From assembly GCA_964016885.1 (NCBI GenBank), contig OZ024740.1, positions 295,864,001 through 295,928,000 on the forward strand: a stretch of 64,000 nt of DNA, written 5' to 3'. Shown here in pieces: positions 16,701 to 29,023 of this stretch; position 1 is the stretch's first letter, and every line of letters begins with the position of its first letter. The translations under genes and the position numbers were made by a program. Below the pieces are notes generated by a model. The model had not been told where the DNA came from. It worked only from the letters and a program-made list of their open reading frames with translations, and did no database searches. The stretch is from Eledone cirrhosa. Lineage: Eukaryota.

Positions 16701-18240
16701 TAGTGAGTGTACCTGAGAATATATTATATAGACAGTGAGTGTACCTAATAATATATTATATAGATAGTGAGTGTACCTGAGAATATATTATATAGGCAGT
16801 GAGTGTTCCTAAGAATATATTATATAGACAGCAAGTGTACTGAATATATATTATATAGACAATGAGTGTACCTAAGAATATATTATATAGACAGTGAGTG
16901 TACCTAAGAATATATTATATAGACAGTGAGTGTACCTAAGAATATATTATATAGACAGTGAGTGTACCTAAGAATATATTATATAGACAGTGAGTGTTCC
17001 TAAGAATATATTATATAGACAGTGAGTGTACTGAATATATATTATATAGACAATGAGTGTACCTAAGAATATATTATATAGACAGTGAGTGTACCTAACA
17101 ATATATTATATAGACAGTGAGTGTACCTAAGAATATATTATATAGACAGCCAGTGTACTGAATATATATTATATATACAATGAGTGTACCTAAGAATATA
17201 TTATATAGACAGTGAGTGTACCTAAGAATATATTATATAGACAGTGAGTGTACCTAAGAATATATTATATAGACAGTGAGTGTACCTAAGAATATATTAC
17301 ATAGACAGTGAGTGTTCCTAAGAATATATTATATAGACAGTGTGTGTTCCTAAGAATATATTATATAGAGAGTGAGTGTACCTAAGAATATATTATATAG
17401 ACAGTGAGTGTACCTAAGAATATATTATATAGACAGTGAGTGTACCTAAGAATATATTATATAGACAGTGAGTGTTCCTAAGAATATATTATATAGACAG
17501 TGAGTGTACCTAAGAATATATTATATAGACAGTGAGTGTTCCTAAGAATATATTATATAGACAGTGAGTGTACCTAAGAATATATTATATAGACAGTGAG
17601 TGTTCCTAAGAATATATTATATAGACAGTGAGTGTACCTAAGAATATATTATATAGACAGTGAGTGTACTGAATATATATTATATAGACAATGAGTGTAC
17701 CTAAGAATATATTATATAGACAGTGAGTGTACCTAAGAATATATTATATAGATAGTGAGCGTACCTGAGAATATATTATATAGACAGTGAGTGTACCTAA
17801 GAATATATTATATAGACAGTGAGTGTACCTAATAAAATATTATATAGAGAGTGAGTGTACCTAAGAATATATTACATAGAGAGTGAGTGTACCTGACAAT
17901 ATATTATATAGATAGTGAGTGTACCTAAGAAGATATTATATAGACAGTGATTGTACCTAAGAATATATTATATAGGCACTGAATGGACCTGAGAATATAT
18001 TATCTAGACAATAAGTGTACCTAAGGATATATTATATAGAGAGTGAGTGTACTGAGAATATATTATATAGACAATGAGTGTACCTAAGAATATATTATAT
18101 AGACAGTGAGTGTACCTAACAATATATTATATAGACAGTGAGTGTACCTAAGAATATATTATATAGACAGCCAATGTACTGAATATATATTATATATACA
18201 ATGAGTGTACCTAAGAATATATTATATAGACAGTGAGTGT
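13030..18240. repeat. Tandem block duplication, period about 2.6 kb
   Basis: Rare variants recur at offsets 2650 and 2586: GTGAGTGTACTTAAG 14021/16671, AAGAAGATAT 15341/17927, ACAGCCAATG 15581/18167. Boundaries are approximate. Confidence 0.82.
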
Positions 18241-21200
18241 ACCTAAGATTATATTATATAGACAGTGAGTGTACCTAAGAATATATTATATAGACAGTGA
18301 GTGTACCTAAGAATAAATTATATAGACATTGAGTGTTCCTAAGAATATATTATATAGACAGTGAGTGTACTGAATATATATTATATAGACAATGAGTGTA
18401 CCTAAGAATATATTATATAGACAGTGAGTGTACCTAAGAATATATTATATAGATAGTGAGCGTACCTGAGAATATATTATATAGACAGTGAGTGTACCTA
18501 AGAATATTTTATATAGACAGTGAGTGTACCTAATAAAATATTATATAGAGAGTGAGTGTACCTAAGAATATATTACATAGACAGTGAGTGTACCTGGCAA
18601 TATATTATATAGATAGTTAGTGTACCTAAGAATATATTATATAGACAGTGAGTGTACCTAATAATATATTATATAGACAGTGATTGTACCTAAGAATATA
18701 TTATATAGGCACAGAATGGACCTGAGAATATATTATCTAGACAATAAGTGTACCTAGGGATATATTATATAGAGAGTGAGTGTACTGAGAATATATTATA
18801 TAGACAGTGAATGTATCCAAGAATATATTATATAGACAGTGAGTGTACCTGAGAATATATTATATAGACAGTGAGTGTACCTAAGAATATATTATATAGA
18901 TAGTGAGTGTATCCAAGAATATATTATATAGACAGTGAGTGTACCTGAAAATATATATTATATAGACAGTGAGTGTACCTAAGAATATATTATATAGACA
19001 GTGAATGTATCCAAGAATATATTATATAGATAGTGAGTGTATCTGAGAATATATTATATAGACAGTGAGTGTACATAAGAATATAGTATATAGATAGTGA
19101 GTGTATCCAAGAATATATTATATAGACAGTGAGTGTACCTGAGAATATATTATATAGACCATGAGTGTACCTAAGAATATATTATATAGACAGTGAATGT
19201 ATCCAAGAATATATTATATAGATAGTGAGTGTATCTGAGAATATATTATATAGACAGTGAGTGTACATAAGAATATATTATATAGACAGTGAGTGTATCT
19301 AAGAATATATTATATAGATAGTAAGTGTATCTAAGAATATATTATATAGACAGTGAGTGTACCTAAGAATATATTATATAGACAGTGAGTGTACCTAAGA
19401 ATATATTATATAGACAGTGAGTGTATCTAAGAATATATTATATAGACAGTGAGTGCACCTAGGAATATATTATATAGACAGTGAGTGTACCTATGCATAT
19501 ATTATATAGACAGTGAGTGTACCTAAGATTATATTATATAGACAGTGAGTGTAACTAAGAATATATTATATAGACAGTGAGTGTACCCGAGAATATATTA
19601 TATAGACAGAGATTGTACCTAAGAATATATTATATAGACAGTGAGTGTACCTAACAATATATTATATAGACAGTGAGTGTACCTAAGAATATATTATATA
19701 GAAAGTGAGTGTACCAAACAATATATTATATAGACAGTGAGTGTACCTAAGAATATATTATATAGACAGTGAGTGTACCTAAGAATATATTATATAGAGA
19801 GTGAGTGTACCTAAGAATATATTATATAGACAGTGAGTGTACCTAAGAATATATTATATAGACAGTGAGTGTACCTAAGAATATATTATATAGACAGTGA
19901 GTGTACCTAGGAATATATCATATAGAAAGTGAGTGTACCTAAGCATATATTATATAGACAGTGAGTGTACCTAAGATTATATTATATAGACAGTGAGTGT
20001 AACTAAGAATATATTATATAGACAGTGAGTGTATTCGAGAATATATTATATAGACAGTGATTGTACCTAAGAATATATTATATAGACAGTGAGTGTACCT
20101 AAGAATATATTATATAGACAGTGAGTGTACCTAAGAATATATTATATAGAAAGTGAGTGTACCAAACAATATATTATATAGGCAGTGAGTGTACCTAAGA
20201 ATATATTATATAGACAGTGAGTGTACCTAAGAATATATTATATAGAGAGTGAGTGTACCTAAGAATATATTATATAGACAGTGAGTGTACCTAAGAATAT
20301 ATTATATAGACAGTGAGTGTACCTAAGAATATATTATATAGACAGTGTTTGTACCTAAGAATATATTATATAGACAGTGAGTGTACCTGAAAATATATAT
20401 TATATAGACAGTGAGTGTACCTAAGAATATATTATATAGACAGTGAATGTATCCAAGAATATATTATATAGATAGTGAGTGTACCTAAGAATATATTATA
20501 TAGGCACTGAATGGACCTGAGAATATATTATCTAGACAATAAGTGTACCTAAGGATATATTATATAGAGAGTGAGTGTACTGAGAATATATTATATAGAC
20601 AGTGAATGTATCCAAGAATATATTATATAGACAGTGAGTGTACCTGAGAATATATTATATAGGCAGTGAGTGTACCTAAGAATATATTATATAGATAGTG
20701 AGTGTATCCAAGAATATATTATATAGACAGTGAGTGTACCTGAAAATATATATTATATAGACAGTGAGTGTACCTAAGAATATATTATATAGACAGTGAA
20801 TGTATCCAAGAATATATTATATAGATAGTGAGTGTATCTGAGAATATATTATATAGACAGTGAGTGTACATAAGAATATATTATATAGACAGTGAGTGTA
20901 CCTGAGAATATATTATATAGACAGTGAGTGTTCCTAAGAATATATTATATAGACAGTGAATGTATCCAAGAATATATTATATAGATAGTGAGTGTATCTG
21001 AGAATATATTATATAGACAGTGAGTGTACATAAGAATATATTATATAGACAGTGAGTGTACCTAAGAATATATTATATAGATAGTGAGTGTGTCTAAGAA
21101 TATATTATATAGATAGGGAGTGTATCTAAGAATATATTATATAGACAATGAGTGTACCTAAGAATATATTATATAGACAGTGAGTGTACCTAAGAATATA

Positions 21201-23833
21201 TTATATAGACAGTGAGTGTACCTAAGAATATATTTTATAGACAGTGAGTGTACCTAGGAATATATTATATAGACAGTGAGTGTACCTAAGCATATATTAT
21301 ATAGACAGTGAGTGTACCTAAGATTATATTATATAGACAGTGAGTGTAACTAAGAATATATTATATAGACAGTGAGTGTACCCGAGAATATATTATATAG
21401 ACAGTGATTGTACCTAAGAATATATTATATAGACAGTGAGTGTACCTAACAATATATTATATAGACAGTGAGTGTACCTAAGAATATATTATATAGAAAG
21501 TGAGTGTACCTAAGAATATATTATATAGAGAGTGAGTGTACCTAAGAATATATTATATAGACAGTGAGTGTACCTAAGAATATATTATATAGACAGTGAG
21601 TGTACCTAAGAATATATTATATAGACAGTGAGTGTACCTAGGAATATATCATATAGACAGTGAGTGTACCTAAGCATATATTATATAGACAGTGAGTGTA
21701 CCTAAGATTATATTATATAGACAGTGAGTGTAACTAAGAATATATTATATAGACAGTGAGTGTACTCGAGAATATATTATATAGACAGTGATTGTACCTA
21801 AGAATATATTATATAGACAGTGAGTGTACCTAACAATATATTATATAGACAGTGAGTGTACCTAAGAATAAATTATATAGAAAGTGAGTGTACCAAACAA
21901 TATATTATATAGACAATGAGTGTACCTAAGAATATATTATATAGACAGTGAGTGTACCTAAGAATATATTATATAGAGATTGAGTGTACCTAAGAATATA
22001 TTATATAGACAGTGAGTGTACCTAAGAATATATTATATAGACAGTGAGTGTACCTAAGAATATATTATATAGACAGTGAGTGTACCTGAAAATATATATT
22101 ATATAGACAGTGAGTGTACCTAAGAATATATTATATAGACAGTGAATGTATCCAAGAATATATTATATAGATAGTGAGTGTATCTGAGAATATATTATAT
22201 AGACAGTGAGTGTACATAAGTATATATTATATAGATAGTGAGTGTATCCAAGAATATATTATAAAGAACAGTGAGTGTAGCTGAAAATATATATTATATA
22301 GACAGTGAGTGTACCTAAGAATATATTATATAGACAGTGAATGTATCCAAGAATATATTATATAGATAGTGAGTGTATCTGAGAATATATTATATAGACA
22401 GTGAGTGTACATAAGAATATATTATATAGATAGTGAGTGTATCCAAGAATATATTATATAGACAGTGAGTGTACCTGAGAATATATTATATAGACAGTGA
22501 GTGTACCTAAGAATATATTATATAGACAGTGAATGTATCCAAGAATATATTATATAGATAGTGAGTGTATCTGAGAATATATTATATAGACAGTGAGTGT
22601 ACATAAGAATATATTATATAGACAGTGAGTGTACCTAAGAATGTATTATATAGATAGTGAGTGTACCTAAGAATATATTATATAGATAGTGAGTGTACCT
22701 GAGAATATATTATATAGACAGTGAGTGTTCCTAAGAATATATTATATAGACAGCAAGTGTACTGAATATATATTATATAGACAATGAGTGTACCTATGAA
22801 TATATTATATAGACAGTGAGTGTACCTAAGAATATATTATATAGACAGTGAGTGTACCTAAGAATATATTATATAGACAGTGAGTGTACCTAAGAATATA
22901 TTATATAGACAGTGAGTGTACCTAAGAATATATTATATAGAGTGTGAGTGTGCCTAAGAATATATTATATAGACAGTGAGTGTACTGAATATATATTATA
23001 TAGACAATGAGTGTACCTAAGAATATATTATATAGACAGTGAGTGTACCTAACAATATATTATATAGACAGTAAGTGTACCTAAGAATATATTATATAGA
23101 CAGCCAGTGTACTGAATATATATTATATATACAATGAGTGTACCTAAGAATATATTATATAGACAGTGAGTGTACCTAAGAATATATAATATAGACAGTG
23201 AGTGTACCTAAGAATATATTATATAGACAGTGAGTTTACCTAAGAATATATTATATAGACAGTGAGTGTTCCTAAGAATATATTATATAGACAGTGAGTG
23301 TACTGAATATATATTATATAGACAATGAGTGTACCTAAGAATATATTATATAGACAGTGAGTGTACCTAACAATATATTATATAGACAGTGAATGTACCT
23401 AAGAATATATTATATAGACAGCCAGTGTACTGAATATATATTATATATACAATGAGTGTACCTAAGAATATATTATATAGACAGTGAGTGTACCTAAGAA
23501 TATATAATATAGAGAGTGAGTGTACCTAAGAATATATTATATAGACAGTGAGTGTACCTAAGAATATATTATATAGACAGTGAGTGTTCCTAAGAATATA
23601 TTATATAGACAGTGCGTGTACTGAATATATATTATATAGACAATGAGTGTACCTAAGAATATATTATATAGACAGTGAGTGTACCTAACAATATATTATA
23701 TAGACAGTGAGTGTACCTAAGAATATATTATATAGACAGCCAGTGTACTGAATATATATTATATATACAATGAGTGTACCTAAGAATATATTATATAGAC
23801 AGTGAGTGTACCTAAGAATATATAATATAGATA

Positions 23834-24097
23834 TATTTCTTTTATTTGCCACTGGGGCATCAAAAGTGGGACAAGTACAAAGGGGGGAGTTTACACAAAA
23901 AGGCGTCCTCAATAAGGAGGAGGCAATAACAAAATATAAAAATAAAATAAGATATAACAAAAAATAAAATTTTTAACAAAATCCTCAATAGAGAGGTGGC
24001 GCCTTGGGGGGTCGCACACACCCCCGAAAAAAGTGTGCAACCCTTCTCCTCAGGAGCACAGAGAAGGGGTGCTCCCTTGGTCTTTCATCTTCCTCAC
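23834..24097 (-). other. Structured 264-nt 3' UTR with a terminal AATAAA and no poly(A) tail (present in all four copies)
   Basis: The sense end is ...GGCAAATAAAAGAAATA, joined directly to the target. Complementary segments: 24009-24019/24033-24043, 24041-24048/24061-24068 and 24053-24059/24069-24075. Confidence 0.7.
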
Positions 24098-27000
24098 CTA
24101 TAGTCTGATGTAGAGTGAAGGCCCATTCACACGGGCCATTCTCGCCACTTTCACCCATCTTTCATAGAAACGGCTGGGGTGCAGCACCTCTCTCTCCATC
24201 CTGATCCTTCTTCCGAAATGATATCGGAAGAAACGGACCAGTTGTTGGCCAGAGAGAAAGGTGCCCGACCTCAGTCCTTTCAGACGCGTCCACCATACAA
24301 CCTCTTTCGCCATGGCTATTACGCACAGAAACACCGCCTCTGCTTCATCTTTGAAGGGGGGAGGCGGCTTGATCATTACAATAGACTCGGTGGTCAACCG
24401 GATCGGTCCCACCCTTGACAGCAGTTGTTCGACATAGCCCCACAGATCGGCTACGCCCGAGCAGTGTACTAATGCGTGTGCAACGGTTTCCTCGTCGCAC
24501 ACGCATCTGGGACAGATCTTTTTGGCGGGGTCCCTACCCGGGCGCCCGTGTCTGTAGAGCCTTTCTCGAACGGGTAAAGCCCCTCGGTAGCACTGCCAGG
24601 CCAGGGACTTCTGGAAGTTGTCCATAGGTCCCGGGCTGAATGTCCTACCGAACAGGCTGGCCAGTTCGTCCTCCTCCATGTCTAGGGCTTCTCCGAGGGC
24701 GTCGTCGCACCTGCTGCGTACCAGCCCTCTATAGAATGTTGCGGTGGAGTCTCCACTGATAACCGGATCCGCCTGCCAGAGGGCGGTGAGCGCCTGGGCA
24801 CACTCAGTGTGCCAGGCGCCCAGTTTTCTCGGTCTTTGCTTGACCCAGGATTGCAGCTCGGTGAGTGAGACGAGTCTGGGAAAGGTTCGTCTCACAAACG
24901 AGGCCCACACCGGTTGTCCGGTGAGGAATACGTAGAGGTGCCGTAGCCTTAATGCGTGTTTACGCATCATTAGCCACGGCATCCCCAGCCCTCCTTTCGA
25001 AGGGTGTTGACAGCAGATGGATCTCCTCACCATAGGAGCCCGCCTCTTCCAAAGGAATTGGAAGAGCGCGCGCTCCATCTTGGTGAGGGTTTCCCTTGGG
25101 CAGGGCACTACGGTCAGGCGGTAGTAGATGACGGACGCTATGTAGGTGTTCGCCACCTCCGCCCGGCCTTTCAGGGATAGTTTGCAACTGGCCCACTTCT
25201 GGGTCAGTGCAAACACCCTGTTCGTAACCTCCGCCCAGTTTTTCTCCACCTGGAGGTCCGGTCCGAACCAGACCCCGAGCAACTTCACCGGGCCCTCCGT
25301 CCAGCGTCCGACGACGCTATCGGAGGGCATCGGTCTGCCCCTCCATGTGCCGAGTTGCAAACCGATCGACTTGTCCCGGTTCAGCTTAGCCCCTGTGAAC
25401 TTTTCGTACTCCTCCAGTAAGGTGCCGACCGCCTCGATTTCGGAGGCCGTCGACACCATTACTGTCACGTCATCGGCGTAGGCCGACACCGCTTTCCGCA
25501 ATCCCGGTTCCAAAGGGATGCCCTGCAACAACTCCAACTTCCGCAGTAGTGGCTCGAGAGTCAACACATACAGAAGGGAGGAGAGAGGGCACCCTTGTCG
25601 GATGGACCGCGCGATTTTGAACGGCTCCGAGAGGTAGCCATTCACCTTGACCCTAGAGCAGATGCGGCTGCTGTGCATAGCAGTGATCCAGCCCCTGAAA
25701 ACGGGTCCGAAGCCTGCCGCCGCTAGCACCGCATCCAGGTAACCATGGTCGACCCTATCGAACGCCTTAGATTGATCCAAGTTGATCAGAGCCCCACCAA
25801 AGCCGGGTTCGTTCCCAACCCTCTCTATGATGTATCGCATGAGGTGGAGGTTGTCATGGATGGACCTGGACGGGATAGCGCATGTCTGCGCATCTCCCAC
25901 CAGGTTGCCCACGACAAGCGCCAACCTCTTTGCTAGCACCTTGGCCAAAATCTGTAACTCTGTATTTAGCAGTGTTATGGGCCTGAAGTTACTTATTTCG
26001 TCCCCCTTGTTCTCGTCCTTCCTCACTAGCGTGACTACGCCCTTGGTCACAGTACAGGGAATTCTCCCGTTCTGTTGCCAGTTGCAGTAGACCGCCTCGA
26101 GGAGATCGGGGAACAAGTCCGGCATAGCTAGATATAATTCGTAAGGAAGACCATCGAGACCCGGGGATTTGCGTTTGCCGCATTGGCTCAGCACGTCCTC
26201 TATCTCAGCGGCCGAAATCGGCTCTTCGCAGGACTTCGCCTCCCTGTCCGAGAGGCGCGGCAGGCCGTCGAGGTATGGACCGAAGTCCACGTTCCCAACC
26301 GGCTCCCCGCCCCTCCCGAACAGTCGGGCAAAGTGCCTTTGAAAGGCCTCACACATCTGCTTAGGCTCAAGAATCGCCCGTCCATCCAGGTCTCGCAAAG
26401 ACCGGATGGTGGATTTAGTTCCACTGTTGGCCTCTGTCACGCGGGCCCAGCTAACAGCTTTGGTCCCCTCGTTCCCTAGAGCACGTATTTTACTTCGGAC
26501 AACGCAGCCTTCGTGCTTTGCGTCGAAAAACTGGCTCAAAGCCGTTCTCGACGCTAGCACTCTGGCCACGTCGCCGCTTCTAATTGCCTCTTCTACTCTA
26601 TCTATTAGCTCCCTTTCCTTCCTATTCCTATCCGCAGCTAGAACCTTACTAAATTCTATCGAGACTACTCTAATCTCTCTCTTTAGAGATACCCACCACC
26701 TGCTGTTGACGATCGCTCCAGTCAACCGTTCCTTAACTAACGTACTAATCCGATTCCTGTAGGCTCTACTTGCCGGCAAGGACAAGTTGAGCTTCCAGTA
26801 ACCGGGGCCCTGTCTATGAGTTCTGTCAAGGTTGACCATGCAGGTCACTAATTTGTGGTCTGAATAGCCAACAATGCGCATTTTTGGACAACTTAAAAAG
26901 TCCTTATCCTTAATTCTAACTAAGAACCTATCTAGGTACGACCTAGATGATCCGCTACGATTTGCCCAAGTCCAGGTTGGCGCAGTCGGAAAATCTAGTC

Positions 27001-27535
27001 GATATCTATCGGCCAGGTCAAATCGACCGATTAACCCTTTGAGGCTATTACACCCCTCTCTATCGGGGCAGGCCCCTACGTAGTCCCAGCGTGCATCTAG
27101 GATACCATTCCAGTCCCCCACTAATAGCAAGGAGCGGGACGTCCCTAGAAAAGTCTCCAGACGATGGAAGAAGTCCGGCCGCATTGACCCGAAAGGGCCG
27201 TAGGCGGCTACCAACCTAAACGCTCCGCCTTTACCACTGCCAAGGTCCAGAACCACTAGTCGACCCTCCGGGTCCAAATGTACCATCTGTGTTGCGAGAC
27301 CCAGATGTTTTTGCAGCAGAACGACAACTCCACCCCCACCTCCGGGCTGACAGAGAGATGCGTGCATCTCAAAGTCATCAAAGGTGGGGGCCAGCTGTCG
27401 CACGTTGCTGATCCGGGCCTCGCAAATAACCATCACATCTATACGTTGTGACCTGAGGTCATTTAGAAGCATTGCTTGCTTCCAAGTTGAGCCCAGGCCA
27501 CGCGCATTTAAACAGCCTACTCTTAGCATAGCCAT
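24098..27535 (-). CDS. ORF2 pol protein (APE endonuclease, reverse transcriptase, C-terminal CCHC zinc finger), intact
   Basis: APE motifs VGCLNARG, ICEAR, LVGDWN, YLDRFLV, YSDHK. RT motifs KSPGLDG, FRPITLLN, DQSKAFDRV, RQGCPLS, YADD. Zinc finger CPRC-x8-H-x4-C. The frame is open from 27559 (GTG); the first ATG, in strong Kozak context (AACATGG), is at 27535. Confidence 0.95.
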   Translation of the reverse strand: MAMLRVGCLNARGLGSTWKQAMLLNDLRSQRIDVMVICEARISNVRQLAPTFDDFEMHASLCQPGGGGGVVVLLQKHLGLATQMVHLDPEGRLVVLDLGSGKGGAFRLVAAYGPFGSMRPDFFHRLETFLGTSRSLLLVGDWNGILDARWDYVGACPDREGCNSLKGLIGRFDLADRYRLDFPTAPTWTWANRSGSSRSYLDRFLVRIKDKDFLSCPKMRIVGYSDHKLVTCMVNLDRTHRQGPGYWKLNLSLPASRAYRNRISTLVKERLTGAIVNSRWWVSLKREIRVVSIEFSKVLAADRNRKERELIDRVEEAIRSGDVARVLASRTALSQFFDAKHEGCVVRSKIRALGNEGTKAVSWARVTEANSGTKSTIRSLRDLDGRAILEPKQMCEAFQRHFARLFGRGGEPVGNVDFGPYLDGLPRLSDREAKSCEEPISAAEIEDVLSQCGKRKSPGLDGLPYELYLAMPDLFPDLLEAVYCNWQQNGRIPCTVTKGVVTLVRKDENKGDEISNFRPITLLNTELQILAKVLAKRLALVVGNLVGDAQTCAIPSRSIHDNLHLMRYIIERVGNEPGFGGALINLDQSKAFDRVDHGYLDAVLAAAGFGPVFRGWITAMHSSRICSRVKVNGYLSEPFKIARSIRQGCPLSSLLYVLTLEPLLRKLELLQGIPLEPGLRKAVSAYADDVTVMVSTASEIEAVGTLLEEYEKFTGAKLNRDKSIGLQLGTWRGRPMPSDSVVGRWTEGPVKLLGVWFGPDLQVEKNWAEVTNRVFALTQKWASCKLSLKGRAEVANTYIASVIYYRLTVVPCPRETLTKMERALFQFLWKRRAPMVRRSICCQHPSKGGLGMPWLMMRKHALRLRHLYVFLTGQPVWASFVRRTFPRLVSLTELQSWVKQRPRKLGAWHTECAQALTALWQADPVISGDSTATFYRGLVRSRCDDALGEALDMEEDELASLFGRTFSPGPMDNFQKSLAWQCYRGALPVRERLYRHGRPGRDPAKKICPRCVCDEETVAHALVHCSGVADLWGYVEQLLSRVGPIRLTTESIVMIKPPPPFKDEAEAVFLCVIAMAKEVVWWTRLKGLRSGTFLSGQQLVRFFRYHFGRRIRMEREVLHPSRFYERWVKVARMARVNGPSLYIRL

Positions 27536-27559
27536 GTTGGTGGTGAAGAGAAAAGGCAC

Positions 27560-29023
27560 TTACCTCTCTGCGTTCCGGGTTTCGGGCTGCACAATTTCCA
27601 TTAGGGTGGGGGATGGGTTGTTGGGTGGGGTGGTGGTTTGTGGAAGTGTGGGGGCATCAGTGTGTTGTGTGGTTGGGGAGCTTGGAGTTGTGAGGGTGTT
27701 TGGGGAGGGGGTGGGATAGTTTTTTAGGAGGACGCGGTTAATGGGCCCGACGCAGGGGGGACCCACGTCCTCTTTAAAATTGTTTTTTAAAGTTTTATAG
27801 GTGTCCTGTGGGGCCTTAATCATTTTGAGGTGGGGGAAATCCCCTGCCTGGGTGAAGTTAGGCCCTTGTGTTTTTATTAGATTGTTGTTGTACACAATGT
27901 TTAACAGTTTTTTGTTTCTTGTATTTATGTATGTGTATGCATGTTTTTGTTTTTGTGTGGTGTTTTTTGTTTGCTGTTGTGAGCTCTTTTGTGTTGGTGT
28001 CAGTGTTATGTTTTGGGGAGGGTTTTTTTTCATTTGTGTGTCTGAGGTGTGTTTTCTTTTTTTTCTTTTGATTGTGTGGAAGTGCTCCTCCTCGTCTGAC
28101 GACGAACTAGGGTCATCTTCCGCGTTGGAGGGGAGGGGTATATTTTCGGGTTGTGTTTGCGGTACGGGTGTTTTGGAAATTGTTTTTGTTTTTTGAGTGG
28201 AGGGGATGGGTTGGACATTGTTTTGTTTTGGTTTGAGCTGTGGTGGTTGTTTTTGTAGTGGTAGTTGTGGTGATTGTGTTGGTTGTGCAGCTGTTGGTGG
28301 TGTAGGCAGGATTGGGGTTTTCTTATTAAGTTGGGGACAGACAGCCCTCAGGTGACCTCTGGTTCCGCAGAGGTAACACGAGGGCCGTCTACCCTCAACG
28401 GTAATGTTGATGAAGGTTAGATCATCCAGTATGACGCGTTCAGGGATCTGGGCGATCCTTTCGGGCCTCATTTGAACTACAAGTTCGAGGCTCGTTCCAC
28501 TGAACGCGTCACCCGATGCCTTTCCCATGGACACCAGCATGTCATCCTCCAGGTCCAGAAAACCTGTCAAAACCCACCATATGTCCATAATCGGCAGGAT
28601 GGTGTGGATTTTTATTTTTTGTGTTCTTCTACCCATGTACGTAGGGTAGAAGGTGTATGCGGTGGATGTGATTGGTTTGATGGACAGTTTCACTGCTGTG
28701 TCCCTGTCCTTCATGAGAATGGATAGACTCCCGTAGAGTCTATCCTTCTGAATGAAGGTGATGTCCTTCATGACGTCTTTTAAAACCAGCTCTATCTCGC
28801 TCTGTGATGGTTGAGCTGGTTTTTTACTTTTGTTCGAGATTGTCCTAAACATGACCGTGTTTAGGAGTCTCTGGCTTTTTAGTTCCGGGGGGGAATGGAT
28901 TGTGAATGAACCATTTTCCCCGTACACTATATATTTTTTCGCATCCGCCAGTAGCTCCTTCGCTTTTGTTATATCTACTGGCAGATAGTCGAGGGTTTTC
29001 CTTGTCGTCTCGGCGAAGGAGAA
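27560..29023 (-). pseudogene. ORF1 (gag-like nucleic-acid-binding protein), 5'-truncated
   Basis: Matches the C-terminal ~488 aa of copy 3 ORF1, including the CYLCGTRGHLRAVC knuckle. The native ATG and the poly-Asn N-terminus are missing. Confidence 0.88.

Larger units (their letters stand above)
1..23833. repeat. 32-bp AT-rich tandem satellite, segment 1 (about 740 monomers; runs off the left window edge)
   Basis: Head-to-tail copies of GACAGTGAGTGTACCTAAGAATATATTATATA with point variants, plus 31-bp (GTACTGAATATATATT) and 34-bp (GTACCTGAAAATATATATT) length variants. No unique spacers. Confidence 0.98.

Noticed and set aside
1-23833. CRISPR array (32-bp repeats)
   Set aside because: The repeats are directly adjacent with no unique spacers, leader or cas genes.
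24098-27559. Bacterial RT system (group II intron, retron, DGR), LTR element or R2-type element
   Set aside because: An N-terminal APE domain, a gag-like ORF1, 5' truncations and TSDs define an L1/Tx1-type element. There are no LTRs, integrase or restriction-like endonuclease.
24179-28726. Short plus-strand and alternate-frame ORFs inside the elements (also in copies 2 and 3)
   Set aside because: Shadows of the GC-rich or low-complexity ORF1 and ORF2. They have no recognisable domains and recur only because the copies are near-identical.
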